A stretch of DNA of 53,944 nt. It comes from Anaerolineae bacterium (GTDB lineage Bacteria; Chloroflexota; Anaerolineae; Aggregatilineales; Ch27). This document shows, piece after piece, positions 19,383 to 29,338 of the stretch. The stretch spans positions 1 through 53,944 of the forward strand of contig DAOTXK010000120.1 in NCBI GenBank assembly GCA_034435395.1. The letters run 5' to 3'. How positions within the stretch are numbered: the stretch's first letter is position 1; every line of letters starts with the position of its first letter. The notes below the pieces were generated by a model. That model was not told the origin of the DNA. It saw only the letters and a list, made by a program, of their open reading frames with translations, and did not search any database. The position numbers were made by a program, and so were the translations under genes.

Positions 19383-20573
19383 ATGAAAAAATCGGTTGTT
19401 GTCGTACTGGCGGTTGTGTTGATGCTGTCGGCGGCGCTGGCCGCATATGGGCAGGGCGGCGAGGAGCCGATCACCCGGCGCAGCGCGCCGCCGGACCCAT
19501 CGGGCGTGCGGCTGGCCCTGGTGGCCGAGGGCTTTGATCGCCCGCTGCTGCTCACCAACGCCGGGGATGACTCCGGCCGGCTGTTTGTGGTCGAGCAGAC
19601 CGGGCGCATCTGGATGGTGCAGAATGGCGAGCGGCTGCCAGCGCCGTTTTTTGATCTGTCGGGCGCGGTCTCACGCATCAGCGGTTATTCGGAGCGCGGG
19701 CTGCTGGGGCTGGCCTTCCACCCGGATTACGCCGACAACGGGCGTTTGTTCGTGGATTACACCAACCGCGACGGGGATACGGTCGTGGCCGAGTACGCGG
19801 TTGCCGCCGACGATCCGAACGCCGCCGATCCGGGCAGTGGGCGGACGCTGCTGACCGTCCAGCAGCCCTACGCCAACCACAACGGCGGTCACCTGGCCTT
19901 CGGGCCGGACGGCTACCTGTATATCTCGGTGGGCGACGGCGGCTCGGCGGGCGATCCCCAGGGCAACGCCCAGAACCCCTGGACTTTGCTGGGGTCGATC
20001 CTGCGCATCGATGTGGACGGCGAGGAGCCATATGCCGTCCCGGCGGATAACCCGTTTGTGGCGAGCGGCCTGGGCACGCCGGAAGTGTGGGCGTATGGCC
20101 TGCGCAACGTCTGGCGCTTCAGTTTTGACCGGGCGACCGGCGACCTGTACCTGGCCGATGTCGGGCAGAACCTGTGGGAGGAGATCAACTTCCAGCCAGC
20201 GGGCAGCCCCGGCGGCCAGAATTATGGCTGGAACCGTTACGAAGGCACCCACCCCTATTCCGGCGGCCAGGCCCCGCCGGACATGGTGCCCCCCATCGCC
20301 GAATACGCGCACGCGGCGGGCGGCTGCTCGGTCTCCGGCGGTTACGTGTACCGGGGCGAGGCGCTGCCGGACCTGGCGGGAGTGTACTTTTACGGCGACT
20401 GGTGCACGGGCAACATCTGGGCGGCCTACCGCGACGAGGCCGGGGCCTGGCAGGCGGACCTGTTCCTGGCACAGCCGGGCAACCTGATCAGCTCCTTTGG
20501 CGAGGACGAAGCGGGCGAGCTGTACGTGGTGAATTACAACGGCAGCATCTGGCGCTTCGAGCCGGCCGGGTAG
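19383..20573 (+). CDS. PQQ-dependent sugar (glucose/sorbosone) dehydrogenase, secreted
   Basis: Contains GLLGLAFHPDYADNGRLFVDYT, HNGGHLAFGPDGYLYISVGDGG and AYGLRNVWRFSFD. Signal peptide MKKSVVVVLAVVLMLSAALAAYG. The track ORF starts far upstream at 19095. Confidence 0.85.
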   Translation: MKKSVVVVLAVVLMLSAALAAYGQGGEEPITRRSAPPDPSGVRLALVAEGFDRPLLLTNAGDDSGRLFVVEQTGRIWMVQNGERLPAPFFDLSGAVSRISGYSERGLLGLAFHPDYADNGRLFVDYTNRDGDTVVAEYAVAADDPNAADPGSGRTLLTVQQPYANHNGGHLAFGPDGYLYISVGDGGSAGDPQGNAQNPWTLLGSILRIDVDGEEPYAVPADNPFVASGLGTPEVWAYGLRNVWRFSFDRATGDLYLADVGQNLWEEINFQPAGSPGGQNYGWNRYEGTHPYSGGQAPPDMVPPIAEYAHAAGGCSVSGGYVYRGEALPDLAGVYFYGDWCTGNIWAAYRDEAGAWQADLFLAQPGNLISSFGEDEAGELYVVNYNGSIWRFEPAG

Positions 20574-20663
20574 CGCCAGCGGCGGGCGACTCCGGCCCAA
20601 ACGTCATGGCTGCGGTATGATAAAATGGCGGCCTGCTGAGCCGCGTGCGACGGGGAGCGAGCG

Positions 20664-22787
20664 ATGACGAAACCCCGAATCCTGATCGCGCTGGCCCTGA
20701 TCTTGCTGCTGGCTTTCGGCCTGCGCGCCCGCGCCCTGGAGGAAAAAGCCTTCTGGTGGGACGAGGCGTGGTCGGTGTGGGTGTCTAACCGCTCGCTGGC
20801 CGAGGCGACGGAACTGACCACGCGGGACGTGCATCCCCCGCTGTATCAGTGGCTGCTGGGCGGCTGGATTCGGCTGGCGGGCATCAGCGAGTTCGCCGCC
20901 CGGATGCCCTCCGTGTATGCGGGCGTGCTGACGGTGGCCGCCGTTTATCCGCTGACCCGGCGGCTGAGCGGACGGCGGGGAGCGACGCTGCTGGCGGTCT
21001 TGTTCCTGGCGCTGGCCCCGCTGCATCTCCGCTGGTCGCAGGAGACGCGCATGTACGCCACGGTGGCTTTGTTCGCCGCCCTGACCGTCTGCGCCTATCT
21101 GTGGGTCGGGGAGCGATGGTCCGGCTGGTGGGCGCTGTTGGTGGTGGCAGGGACGGCGGCCATGCTGACCCATTACCTGGCCGCCTGTGTGCTGGCCCTG
21201 CTTAACCTGCACTGGCTGCTCACCTGGCGGGGCCGGAAGCGGGCGTTTCACGGGCGCTGGATCGCGGCGATGGCCTTCACGGGGCTGCTGCTGGGCGTCT
21301 GGATGCTGTACGCTTACGAGCGCATCCGGCGGGGCGGCGGGGGCACCAGCGGCCTGTCGCTGGATGTGGTGTACCAGTTGGGGGCGACGCTGCTGGCGGT
21401 GGGCCGGTCGGTGAACGTGGAGAGTTATGCGCTGCCCACGCTGGCGGTGATGGCGGCGCTGGCGGCGGGGTTGGCCCTGTTCCTGCGGCGGGACTGGCCG
21501 GCCGGGCTGCTGGTGATCCTGTTCGCGCTGCTGCCGCCGCTGGTCATCTTTTTGTTGAGCGTCCGCGCCTCGGAATGGTACGCCCCCAAGCCGGAAGAGC
21601 GCTACTTTGTGATCTTTCTCCCCATCCTCACCGCCGGGATGGGGACGGCGTTTGATCAGCTCCGCCGGGCGTGGCGTCCCCTGGGTCTCGCGGCCTGCGT
21701 TGGCCTGATCGCCCTGTACGGCTGGTCGGACCTGGAGGCGCTGGATGGGCGCTACTTCCGCGATGACCACGCCAGCATTGTCGGCGCGCTGGCCGTCCTG
21801 GCGGAGCCGGGCGACCCGGTGGTCTTCATCACCGGGGAGCGCTACCCGCTGGTGACCTATAACCTGGACCGGCTGGAGAACGGGCTGTCGGCCCAGTACG
21901 ACCTGATCGGCGTGCCGGACGCGGGCGAAGCGGTCGACGGGCAGATGCAGGCGCTGATCGGCGACCGGTCGTGGTTCTGGCTGTTGCAGATCGAACCGGC
22001 CCAGGGCGATCCGCAGGGCCGCCAGCGGGCCTGGATCGACGCCCACTACCGGCGGGTTTACCATACTGTGGCCGGTTACAACAGCCTGAGCCTCTACACT
22101 CGCACGGATGACCGCCAGCCGCCGGCCAGCGACCGGGTGCTGCCGCCGCCCATCCGCGAGGCCCGGCCCGGCGACCTGATCCGCATCGGCGTGCCGGGTG
22201 GCCTGGCGGTCGACCTGGTACACGACGGCCAGGTGATCGTCACCCAGACGGCGGAAGAATGGCAACTGCTGGAATTCCCGGTGTATCCCAGCGCCGCACC
22301 GGGCGAGTACGCGCTGCGGGCGGGCGGCGTGGCGTATCCGTTCCGGGTGACGCATGTCGCGCCAGTGACGGGGCAGGTTCCGGCCAACGTCAACGTGCCC
22401 ATCGGCCCGCTGCGCCTGCTGGGCTACACCCTCGACCGGACCCACCTTTCCCCCGGCGAGACCGTCACGGTCACGCTCTACTGGCAGGCGGAGGCTATCC
22501 CCGCCGAGGATTACACCGTCTTTTTCCACCTGCTGGGGCCATTCAACCCAGCGACCGGCGGCCCGGTGTGGGATGCCAATGACAGCTACCCCGCCGGGAT
22601 TCCCACCCGGCTGTGGTGGGAAGGGCTGCTGGCCGCTGACCGGCGGAGCCTGCGCGCCCCGGAGGCGATGCCGCCGGGGGTGCACCGCCTGGAAGCCGGG
22701 CTGTACCGGGCGGATACCGGCGAGCGCCTGCTCACGCCCGACGGCGCGGATCACGTGATCATCGCCGAGGTGGAGGTCACGGGGTGA
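20664..22787 (+). CDS. ArnT/PMT-like glycosyltransferase (GT39/GT83-type), polytopic with a large C-terminal soluble domain
   Basis: N-terminal pattern LLLAFGLRARALEEKAFWWDEAWSVWVS...DVHPPLYQWLLGGW is typical of the dolichyl/undecaprenyl-phosphate sugar transferase family. About 11 TM helices, then ~300 aa non-membrane. Confidence 0.75.
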   Translation: MTKPRILIALALILLLAFGLRARALEEKAFWWDEAWSVWVSNRSLAEATELTTRDVHPPLYQWLLGGWIRLAGISEFAARMPSVYAGVLTVAAVYPLTRRLSGRRGATLLAVLFLALAPLHLRWSQETRMYATVALFAALTVCAYLWVGERWSGWWALLVVAGTAAMLTHYLAACVLALLNLHWLLTWRGRKRAFHGRWIAAMAFTGLLLGVWMLYAYERIRRGGGGTSGLSLDVVYQLGATLLAVGRSVNVESYALPTLAVMAALAAGLALFLRRDWPAGLLVILFALLPPLVIFLLSVRASEWYAPKPEERYFVIFLPILTAGMGTAFDQLRRAWRPLGLAACVGLIALYGWSDLEALDGRYFRDDHASIVGALAVLAEPGDPVVFITGERYPLVTYNLDRLENGLSAQYDLIGVPDAGEAVDGQMQALIGDRSWFWLLQIEPAQGDPQGRQRAWIDAHYRRVYHTVAGYNSLSLYTRTDDRQPPASDRVLPPPIREARPGDLIRIGVPGGLAVDLVHDGQVIVTQTAEEWQLLEFPVYPSAAPGEYALRAGGVAYPFRVTHVAPVTGQVPANVNVPIGPLRLLGYTLDRTHLSPGETVTVTLYWQAEAIPAEDYTVFFHLLGPFNPATGGPVWDANDSYPAGIPTRLWWEGLLAADRRSLRAPEAMPPGVHRLEAGLYRADTGERLLTPDGADHVIIAEVEVTG

Positions 22788-22844
22788 GGGAGGCCGTCGG
22801 CTCTCGTCTATCCGGAGGCATGGCGCGTCGCCCCTCAGGCCCCG

Positions 22845-23531
22845 TCAGAGCGCCCGCCGCCACCACTGGTAATCCCCCACCGCCCTGAATCCGGCCCCAT
22901 GGGCGGCGCGGAGAGCCTCGATCTCCGCCAGCGGGATGGCGGCTCCGACCAGGTTCAGGCCAAAGCGGGCACGGACGGCCCTGGCCGCCTCGAATCCCGC
23001 CGCCGATAGTTTCCCCTCGATCCACAGGCCGCGATAGTTCAGCGTGACGACCGGGATGAGGTGGGCGTCCGGGGGGGGAGTGGGGCCGCTTGCTCCTCCG
23101 CTGGTGGAGACGAACAGGCGGCACACCGCCCCGTTTACCTGATAACCGCAGCGGGCGAAGGTGTTCTGGCTGCCGACGTTGTCCAGCTGGATCAGCGCCC
23201 GCGCCAGCGCCGCCCCTGCCGCCCGCCCGGCGTCGGTGCAGACCGTCACCAGCGCCCGGCCAATGCCGCGCCGCCGATGATCGGGATGGACGGCCAGCAG
23301 GTCCACTTCCCAGCGGCGGACGCCCGCCAGCGCGCTTGTCAGGAACCCGTCCACAAAGCCCAGCACCCGGCCATTTTCGATGGCGACCAGCGTCGCGCGT
23401 CCGGGCTGCCGGATCACAGCGGCAATATGGGCAGCCTCGCTGGCCTCGCCGGGCCAGGCAGCGGCTTTGACCGCCGCAATCCCCAGGGCGTCATCCGGCA
23501 CGGCCCACCGGACGGTGAACGAACCGGCCAT
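22845..23531 (-). CDS. GNAT-family N-acetyltransferase with a ~80-aa C-terminal extension
   Basis: LLAVHPDHRRRGIGRALV (acetyl-CoA binding Q/RxxGxG/A motif). Confidence 0.8.
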   Translation of the reverse strand: MAGSFTVRWAVPDDALGIAAVKAAAWPGEASEAAHIAAVIRQPGRATLVAIENGRVLGFVDGFLTSALAGVRRWEVDLLAVHPDHRRRGIGRALVTVCTDAGRAAGAALARALIQLDNVGSQNTFARCGYQVNGAVCRLFVSTSGGASGPTPPPDAHLIPVVTLNYRGLWIEGKLSAAGFEAARAVRARFGLNLVGAAIPLAEIEALRAAHGAGFRAVGDYQWWRRAL

Positions 23532-23549
23532 GTCTCGACCCGCTTAGCT

Positions 23550-24800
23550 CTAGGCCGGGGCCGCGGGCGACGAAGCCCGCGCCGACCAGTTCCTCTCCTG
23601 CCGGGTCACGACCCCGGCCAGCAGGCGCAGCCCTGCCCCGAACAGCAGCACGACTGGCAGGGCGATGCCGCCGCTGGCGAGGGCGCTGCCGATCAGAGGA
23701 CCGGCGAAGGTGGCGATCGACATGACCTGGTAGTAGGCACGGGTCCGGCTGGCCCGGCTGGCCGGGGGAGTGCTGAGACTGAAATGGCTGAACTGGCTGA
23801 TGTCCGTCAGGTTCCAGGCGGCGCCGGAGAGCAAAGCGGCGGGCAGGGTGAAATAGAGATTGGGGGCCAGCGCCAGGATGATGGCCGCCAGCCCCGTGCC
23901 GGTGATGCCCCAGGTCATGGCGGCCCGGAACCCAAGGCGGGCGGCCAGCCGGCTGGCCACCATGGAGACGGCGGCCCCGCCCAGCAGTTCCAGGAAGCCG
24001 TAGAGGGCGACGAAACCCTCGTTAGCGCCCAGGCCCTGGACCAGATACAGGGGGATGATCGGGATGAGGGTGAAAAAGGCGGTGAACAGCGCGCCCACGA
24101 TCAGGGCGATCCGCCGGAAATCCGGGGACTGCCAGACGAGACCTTCCGCCGGGTGATCGGCTGGAGTCGGGAGCGGCGTGGCATATAACACGCGCACCTG
24201 CATCACCTGCCACAGGCTAAGCAGCAACAGGACGAAGGCCAGCAGAAACATCGCCTGGTAGTTCCAGGGGAAGGGCGTGCGTTCCAGCCAGAACCCCATG
24301 GCCAGCGTGCTGATGCCCAGGCTGAGATTCAGGGCGAGCATCCGCTGGCTCACCAGCGCGGTCAGGCGCGAATCGCTGACCGCCTCGCGCAGCAGCACCA
24401 GGAAAACCACGTTGGCGATGCCGACGGGGATGGCCCCCACCGAGACGATCATCAGCAGGGCGGCGATCTGCCAGGCTGGTGGCAGGAACGGCACGAGGGC
24501 ATACAACAGGGGCCGCAGCCGGTTGGCCAGGGTCGGCCAGAGTAAAGCTCGCCGGGAATCGGGATAACGCCGATGCCACCAGGGGGCCAGGGCCGACGCC
24601 AGCAACATAAAAACCGCTGGCAACGACGACAACAGTCCCAGCTCCAGGGGGGTGGCGTTCAGCTTGATGGCGAAGATGGATAGGAAGTAACCCATGGCCG
24701 GCCAGCCCAGCCCGAACCAGGTGATTTCCCCTATCAGGTGCCGGAAGTTACGTTTCTCGGTTTGCAGGTTTTCCAGGTTGGTTTCTACAGAGGCGCTCAT
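23550..24800 (-). CDS. MFS transporter (paralog A)
   Basis: Twelve-TM-like hydrophobic profile. Clearly alignable along its full length to the neighbouring gene 24954..26201. Confidence 0.8.
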   Translation of the reverse strand: MSASVETNLENLQTEKRNFRHLIGEITWFGLGWPAMGYFLSIFAIKLNATPLELGLLSSLPAVFMLLASALAPWWHRRYPDSRRALLWPTLANRLRPLLYALVPFLPPAWQIAALLMIVSVGAIPVGIANVVFLVLLREAVSDSRLTALVSQRMLALNLSLGISTLAMGFWLERTPFPWNYQAMFLLAFVLLLLSLWQVMQVRVLYATPLPTPADHPAEGLVWQSPDFRRIALIVGALFTAFFTLIPIIPLYLVQGLGANEGFVALYGFLELLGGAAVSMVASRLAARLGFRAAMTWGITGTGLAAIILALAPNLYFTLPAALLSGAAWNLTDISQFSHFSLSTPPASRASRTRAYYQVMSIATFAGPLIGSALASGGIALPVVLLFGAGLRLLAGVVTRQERNWSARASSPAAPA

Positions 24801-24953
24801 CGGAGACGCTCATCGCACTCAAGTTGCCTGCCGGCATGTGGCAGGCGAAAACATGGCTGATAACACCATTGTACAGCGGTTGGTTACGGCGAACAGGGCC
24901 AGGAATGGGGCGGTGGGATCAATCATCCCCCCCGGGGGTGGAGACGCGGCCGC

Positions 24954-26201
24954 CTACGCCGGGGACACCGCGGGCGCGGCTGGGGAGGGCGTGGCCGCCG
25001 CCCCCCACCGCACCAGCAGACCGGCCAGAAAGCGCAGCCCCGCGCCGAGCAGCAGGACGGTCCCCAGGCTGAGGCCGCTATCGGCCAGTGTGCTGCCGAG
25101 CAGCGGGCCGACGAAAATGGCGATGGAGACGGCCTGGAAGTAAGCTCTGGTGCGGCGGGCGCGGCTCTCCGCCGGGGTGTTCAGGCTGAAGAAAGTGAAC
25201 TGGCTGATGTCCGTCAGCGTCCAGCAGGCCCCGGACAGCAGGGCGGCGGGCAGGGCCAGGTACAGGCTGGGGGCCAGGGCCAGGATGACGGCGGCCAGGC
25301 CGGTGCCGGTCATGCCCAGCAGCAGCGTATGACGCAGCCCGACCCGGTCGATCAGGCGGTGAGCGACGGTCGCCATGGTCGCGCCCCCGGTCAGCTCCAG
25401 GAATCCGTAGATGGCCACAAACCCTTCGCTGGCTCCCAGGCCGTGCACCAGTCGCAGGGGGATCACCGGGACGATGGCGAAGAAGGCCATAAACACTGCG
25501 CCGACGATGGAGGCCAGCCGCCGGAATTCCGGCGAGCGCCAGGGACGGCTGGCGGGCGACGTGCTGGCCGGGAGCGGCGTGGCGCTGATCACGCGGATCT
25601 GCTGCACATGCCACAGGCTGACCATCGTCAGCCCAAAGGCCACCACAAACATCACCTGGTAGTTGGCGGGGAAGGGCGCTCGTTCCAGCCAGAGGCCCAG
25701 GCCCAGCGTGCCCGCGCCGAGGCCGAGGTTCAGCGCCAGGAAGCGGCGGCTCATCAGGGCCGTGAAGCGCTGGTCGGTCACCGCCTCGCGCATCATCACC
25801 AGGAAGATGATCGACGAGATGCCCTGCGGCACGGCGGCCAGGGCGGCCACCGCCAGCAGGACGGGAATCTGCCACCCCCCTGGCAGGAACGGCAGGCAGG
25901 CGAAGATCAGCAGGCGGACGCGCATGCCCGTCGCCGGCCATAAGAGGGCCTTGATGCTGTCGGCATAGCGGGCGCGCCACCCGTCGCTGAGCGCCGACGC
26001 CAGCAGCAGGAAAATAGAGGGCAGCGACGAAAGCAACCCCAGCTCAAACGGCGTCGCGCCAAGCTGAATGGCAAAAATGGACAGGAAGCTGCCGACCGCC
26101 GGGAAAGCCAGGCCGAACCAGGCAATATCCCACACCAGGTGCCGGAAGTTGGCCTGTTCTATCTTCAGGAGTGCCTGCGTCTCTTCGACCGGGGCGTCCA
26201 T
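24954..26201 (-). CDS. MFS transporter (paralog B)
   Basis: Same architecture and many shared blocks with paralog A (NFRHL..I.WFGL..PA.G.FLSIFAI.L.ATP.ELGLLSSLP..F.LLASAL, WLER.PFP.NYQ.MF, ALAPSLY/ALAPNLY). Confidence 0.8.
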   Translation of the reverse strand: MDAPVEETQALLKIEQANFRHLVWDIAWFGLAFPAVGSFLSIFAIQLGATPFELGLLSSLPSIFLLLASALSDGWRARYADSIKALLWPATGMRVRLLIFACLPFLPGGWQIPVLLAVAALAAVPQGISSIIFLVMMREAVTDQRFTALMSRRFLALNLGLGAGTLGLGLWLERAPFPANYQVMFVVAFGLTMVSLWHVQQIRVISATPLPASTSPASRPWRSPEFRRLASIVGAVFMAFFAIVPVIPLRLVHGLGASEGFVAIYGFLELTGGATMATVAHRLIDRVGLRHTLLLGMTGTGLAAVILALAPSLYLALPAALLSGACWTLTDISQFTFFSLNTPAESRARRTRAYFQAVSIAIFVGPLLGSTLADSGLSLGTVLLLGAGLRFLAGLLVRWGAAATPSPAAPAVSPA

Positions 26202-26356
26202 CGCCCTCCGCCCTGCCAGCGGATGTCACGCGCGATCGGTCAAAGAATAACACGATTCTGGCGGTGAGGGTGCTGAAAAACCACTTATGGAGCGCGCACA
26301 CCCAGGCGGCCCGGGATGATCCCGCTGGTGAGCCGTCCTGCCGGGGAGAGTCCGGG

Positions 26357-27529
26357 CTAGGCCACCTCACGGCGCATGCTGAGCGCGGCGAAGGCCAGCA
26401 TCGCCAGGCAGAAGACCGCCAGCGCCGCCAGGTGTGGCCACACCTCCGCCAGCCCCCAGCCTTTGATCATGATGTCCCGCAGGGCCTGGTTGGCGTAGGT
26501 CAGCGGCATGAGGTAAGCCAGGGGCCGCAGCAGGCCGGGCAGGTCGGCCACCGGCCAGAGCAGGCCGGAGAGTAAGATCATGGGGATGATCACCAGCGGG
26601 ATGAACTGCAAAACCTGGAACTCGTTGTGGGCGAAGGTGGAGAGGAAGATACCCAGGTTGACGGCCACGATCACCAGCAGCGCCTCGATCAGGAAAACCA
26701 TCAGCAGGCTGCCGGCATAGTGGATGCGCAGGACGCCCACCGTAAACAGCAGCAGGAGCGCCGCCTGAGCCAGCGCGAAGACCAGGAAGCCGAGCATGTA
26801 ACCGGTGACGATCTCCCAGCGGTTGACCGGCGTGGCGAACAGCCGCTCGATGGTCCTCTGTGACCGCTCCCGCAGGAAGGAGACGGTTGTCAGCAGGAAG
26901 ACGAAAAAGAACACGATCAGGGCGATGTAGACCGGGGCGACGTAATCCAGCAGGTCGTATTCGTCGCCGCCGTAGAGGTATTCGGTCACCAGCGTGATCG
27001 GCAGTTCGCCGCTGGCGGTCAGCCCGCCGGTGAGGGCCGCCGGGGCCAGCCCGGCCATGGCCTGCATCGCCAGGCGCAGCAGATTACCCTGCAGGGCCAC
27101 CGCGTCCATCGGGTTGGAGCCTTCCAGGCGCAGCACGACCGTGGCCTGGCGCGTCCCGGCGAAGCTGGCGGAGAAGTCCGGCGGGAAGATGGCCACGCCG
27201 CGCACCCGGCCCTCCCGCAGCGCGCTGTCGACCTCGTCCCGGCGCAGGAGGGTCAGGTGCAGGCCGTCACCCGCCGCCAGCCGGTCGACGATCTGATCGG
27301 CCAGGGAGACCTCTCCCAGGAACATGATGGTCGCGCCCTCGTCCTCGTTGACGACGCCCAGCGCCACATCGCCCGCCGGGGCGCGCAGCAGCAGCGCGCC
27401 CAGGGTGAGGGCCAGCAGCGGGCCGATCAGAAAGAGGGCCACGGTGCGCCGGTCGCGGATGATCTGTCGGAAGACGCGCCCGGCCAGGGTCAGTATGCGT
27501 TGACGGTCCATGGGTTTATCCTTTTCCAT
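26357..27529 (-). CDS. ABC-2 type transporter permease
   Basis: One N-terminal TM, a large extracytoplasmic loop, then 5 C-terminal TM helices, immediately downstream of the ABC ATPase. The start may be the second ATG at 27511 (better RBS spacing). Confidence 0.8.
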   Translation of the reverse strand: MEKDKPMDRQRILTLAGRVFRQIIRDRRTVALFLIGPLLALTLGALLLRAPAGDVALGVVNEDEGATIMFLGEVSLADQIVDRLAAGDGLHLTLLRRDEVDSALREGRVRGVAIFPPDFSASFAGTRQATVVLRLEGSNPMDAVALQGNLLRLAMQAMAGLAPAALTGGLTASGELPITLVTEYLYGGDEYDLLDYVAPVYIALIVFFFVFLLTTVSFLRERSQRTIERLFATPVNRWEIVTGYMLGFLVFALAQAALLLLFTVGVLRIHYAGSLLMVFLIEALLVIVAVNLGIFLSTFAHNEFQVLQFIPLVIIPMILLSGLLWPVADLPGLLRPLAYLMPLTYANQALRDIMIKGWGLAEVWPHLAALAVFCLAMLAFAALSMRREVA

Positions 27530-27599
27530 CCCTCGTGCGGCTCAGGGCGGCGAGGCCATGCCGGGCCTCCCCCTGGCAACAGGTCGCCTGGCCGGGGCG

Positions 27600-28322
27600 C
27601 TAACCGCCAGCGCCACCGTCTCCGGCGAAGCGCAGGAAGGCTTCTTCCAGCGTGGCCGCCCCGGCCCGCTGGCGGAGCTCGGCGCTGCTGCCTTCCGCCA
27701 GGAGCCGCCCCTCGCGCATGAAACCCAGCCGGTCACAGCGCTCGGCTTCGTCCATCACGTGGCTGGAGACGACGATGGTTACGCCTTCCTGGTTGAGCTG
27801 GCGGAAGTAACGCCAGAACTGGACGCGCAGTTGGGGGTCGACGCCGACGGTTGGCTCGTCCAGCAGCAGCAGGCGCGGCTGGTGCACCAGGGCGCAGGCC
27901 AGGGAAGTCCGCTGCTTCAGGCCGCCGGAGAGCGTCCGCACCAGGCTGTCCGCCCGTTCGGCGAGATCGACCAGGGCGATCACCTCATCGATGCGTTTTC
28001 GGGTGACACCCCCGGCCATCGCGCCGAAAAAGGCGGCGTTTTCCCGCACCGTTAGCTCTTCGTAGAGGGCGGCGACCTGGGTCATGTAACCGACCTGGGC
28101 CAGGATCGCCTTGTTCGGCATGGCGGCATCCAACACGCGGACCTGGCCGCCGTCAGCCCGCAGCAGGCCGGCGATCAGGCGGATCAGGGTAGTTTTGCCC
28201 GCGCCGTTGGGGCCGAGCAGGCCGTAGGTCAGGCCGGGAGGGATGCGCAGCGAGAGGTCCCGCACGGCCTGTATCCTGCCAAAGGACTTGCTGACGTTTT
28301 CGACAATCACGGCGTCACTCAT
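27600..28322 (-). CDS. ABC transporter ATP-binding protein
   Basis: Walker A GPNGAGKTT, signature LSGGLKQR, Walker B LLLLDEPT. Confidence 0.95.
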   Translation of the reverse strand: MSDAVIVENVSKSFGRIQAVRDLSLRIPPGLTYGLLGPNGAGKTTLIRLIAGLLRADGGQVRVLDAAMPNKAILAQVGYMTQVAALYEELTVRENAAFFGAMAGGVTRKRIDEVIALVDLAERADSLVRTLSGGLKQRTSLACALVHQPRLLLLDEPTVGVDPQLRVQFWRYFRQLNQEGVTIVVSSHVMDEAERCDRLGFMREGRLLAEGSSAELRQRAGAATLEEAFLRFAGDGGAGG

Positions 28323-28341
28323 GGCATCTTCCCCAACCAGT

Positions 28342-29001
28342 CTATGGCCTGTCGCTTTCCGTTCCCGGCTCTGAGGGCCGTGCAGCGGGGGCGCTCATGC
28401 CCCGCGCCAGGATGCTCACCAGGCCGTCCAGCCACTCCTCGCCGACCGCCAGCGGGATCGGCACCTGGTCAGACAGGGCGCGCCGGGCGACAATTTCGGT
28501 CAGCATGTAGCCGACCATCAGGCTGGCCACAGCCCGCACCATCACCGGCAGCGGCAGGTCCCGGCGCACGCCAGGCATCGCCGTGATCCGGCTGAACAGG
28601 CCGAAGTAACGCGGCAGAAAACGGCCCAGGAACCTGCCCAGGGTGCGCCCTTCGAACTCCTGCAATTCGATGAAGACGAGTTGCAGGAAGTCCTGGTGCG
28701 CTTCCATGATCGGCCAGATGGCGTGGAACCAGCTCCGCAGCAGGGCTTCAAAGTCTTCGCCGGCGACCTGTTCCAACGCGTCCAGCAGTTCCTCGTAGGG
28801 GCTGCGGCTGATCAGCAGGGCCTCAAAGATGGCTTCCTTGCTGGGGAAGTGGTTGTAGAGGCCGCTGACGGCGCTGCCGAACCCGGCTTCCGCCGCGATC
28901 TGGCGCATGCTGGTGGCGGCGTATCCCTGGCGGCGGAAGAGCCGGTCCGCTGCCTTCAGGATTTGCTCACGCCGCGCCTGGCCGCGCTGGTATTTGGTCA
29001 T
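28342..29001 (-). CDS. TetR/AcrR-family transcriptional regulator
   Basis: N-terminal HTH ILKAADRLFRRQGYAATSMRQIAAEAGFGSAVSGLYNHFPSKEAIF. First gene of the tetR-ABC-permease operon. Confidence 0.9.
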   Translation of the reverse strand: MTKYQRGQARREQILKAADRLFRRQGYAATSMRQIAAEAGFGSAVSGLYNHFPSKEAIFEALLISRSPYEELLDALEQVAGEDFEALLRSWFHAIWPIMEAHQDFLQLVFIELQEFEGRTLGRFLGRFLPRYFGLFSRITAMPGVRRDLPLPVMVRAVASLMVGYMLTEIVARRALSDQVPIPLAVGEEWLDGLVSILARGMSAPAARPSEPGTESDRP

Positions 29002-29016
29002 CCCATCTCCATAAAC

Positions 29017-29036
29017 ATGAACGGTCGTTCGTTCAT
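29017..29036. promoter_or_regulatory. Candidate TetR operator
   Basis: ATGAACG-gtcgtt-CGTTCAT, a perfect 7-bp inverted repeat 16 nt upstream of the tetR start codon. Confidence 0.45.
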
Positions 29037-29189
29037 ATTTTTGATCGGGTTGGCGCGCCGGTCAAGCCGGGCTTTTGTCATCAGTCGGCATGACTTTCGT
29101 CATCCCTCCGGCGCGGACGGGAAAGGGCTGCCCAGCCGCCGAACGACTGGGGTTTTTTCCCCCGGTGATGTATAATGCCGTTGCCAATC

Positions 29190-29301
29190 AGGTGGCTAGG
29201 GTTCCGGCGTTTGCCCGTCGGCGGCAGGCGCGCCCGCGACCGAGCGCCACAAAAGCTGCGATAAACGCGGCGGCACCTTACGGGAGAAAAGCCAGGAGGG
29301 A
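29190..29301 (+). promoter_or_regulatory. ykkC-yxkD-family (guanidine-I-like) riboswitch aptamer candidate
   Basis: Exact CUAGGGUUCCGG (29196..29207). P1-like pairing GUGGC (29192..96) with GCCAC (29246..50). Hairpin GCGUUUGCC/GGCAGGCGC (29207..29231). GACCGAGCG in place of GGUCCGAGAG. Hairpin GCUGCG-AUAAA-CGCGGC (29255..71). ACGGGAGAAAAGCCAGGAGGGA (29280..29301), compared with ACGGAGGGAAAAAAGCCCGGGAGA in the B. subtilis ykkC leader as I recall it. A TATAAT lies at 29171..29176 upstream. Confidence 0.55.
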
Positions 29302-29338
29302 TCGGGTTGGTGTAGTTTTCCGTGCCTGATCCTTTTTT
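29299..29338 (+). terminator. Intrinsic terminator (likely riboswitch expression platform)
   Basis: GGAUCGGG pairs with CCUGAUCC (8 bp including one G-U), with an 18-nt loop, followed by TTTTTT (29333..38). The 5' arm overlaps the 3' end of the aptamer candidate. It lies 21 nt before the EamA start. Confidence 0.55.

Noticed and set aside
20604-22754. 716-aa minus-strand ORF
   Set aside because: It is antisense to the ArnT-like glycosyltransferase. Its Arg/Pro/Gln-rich composition has no hydrophobic or domain pattern.
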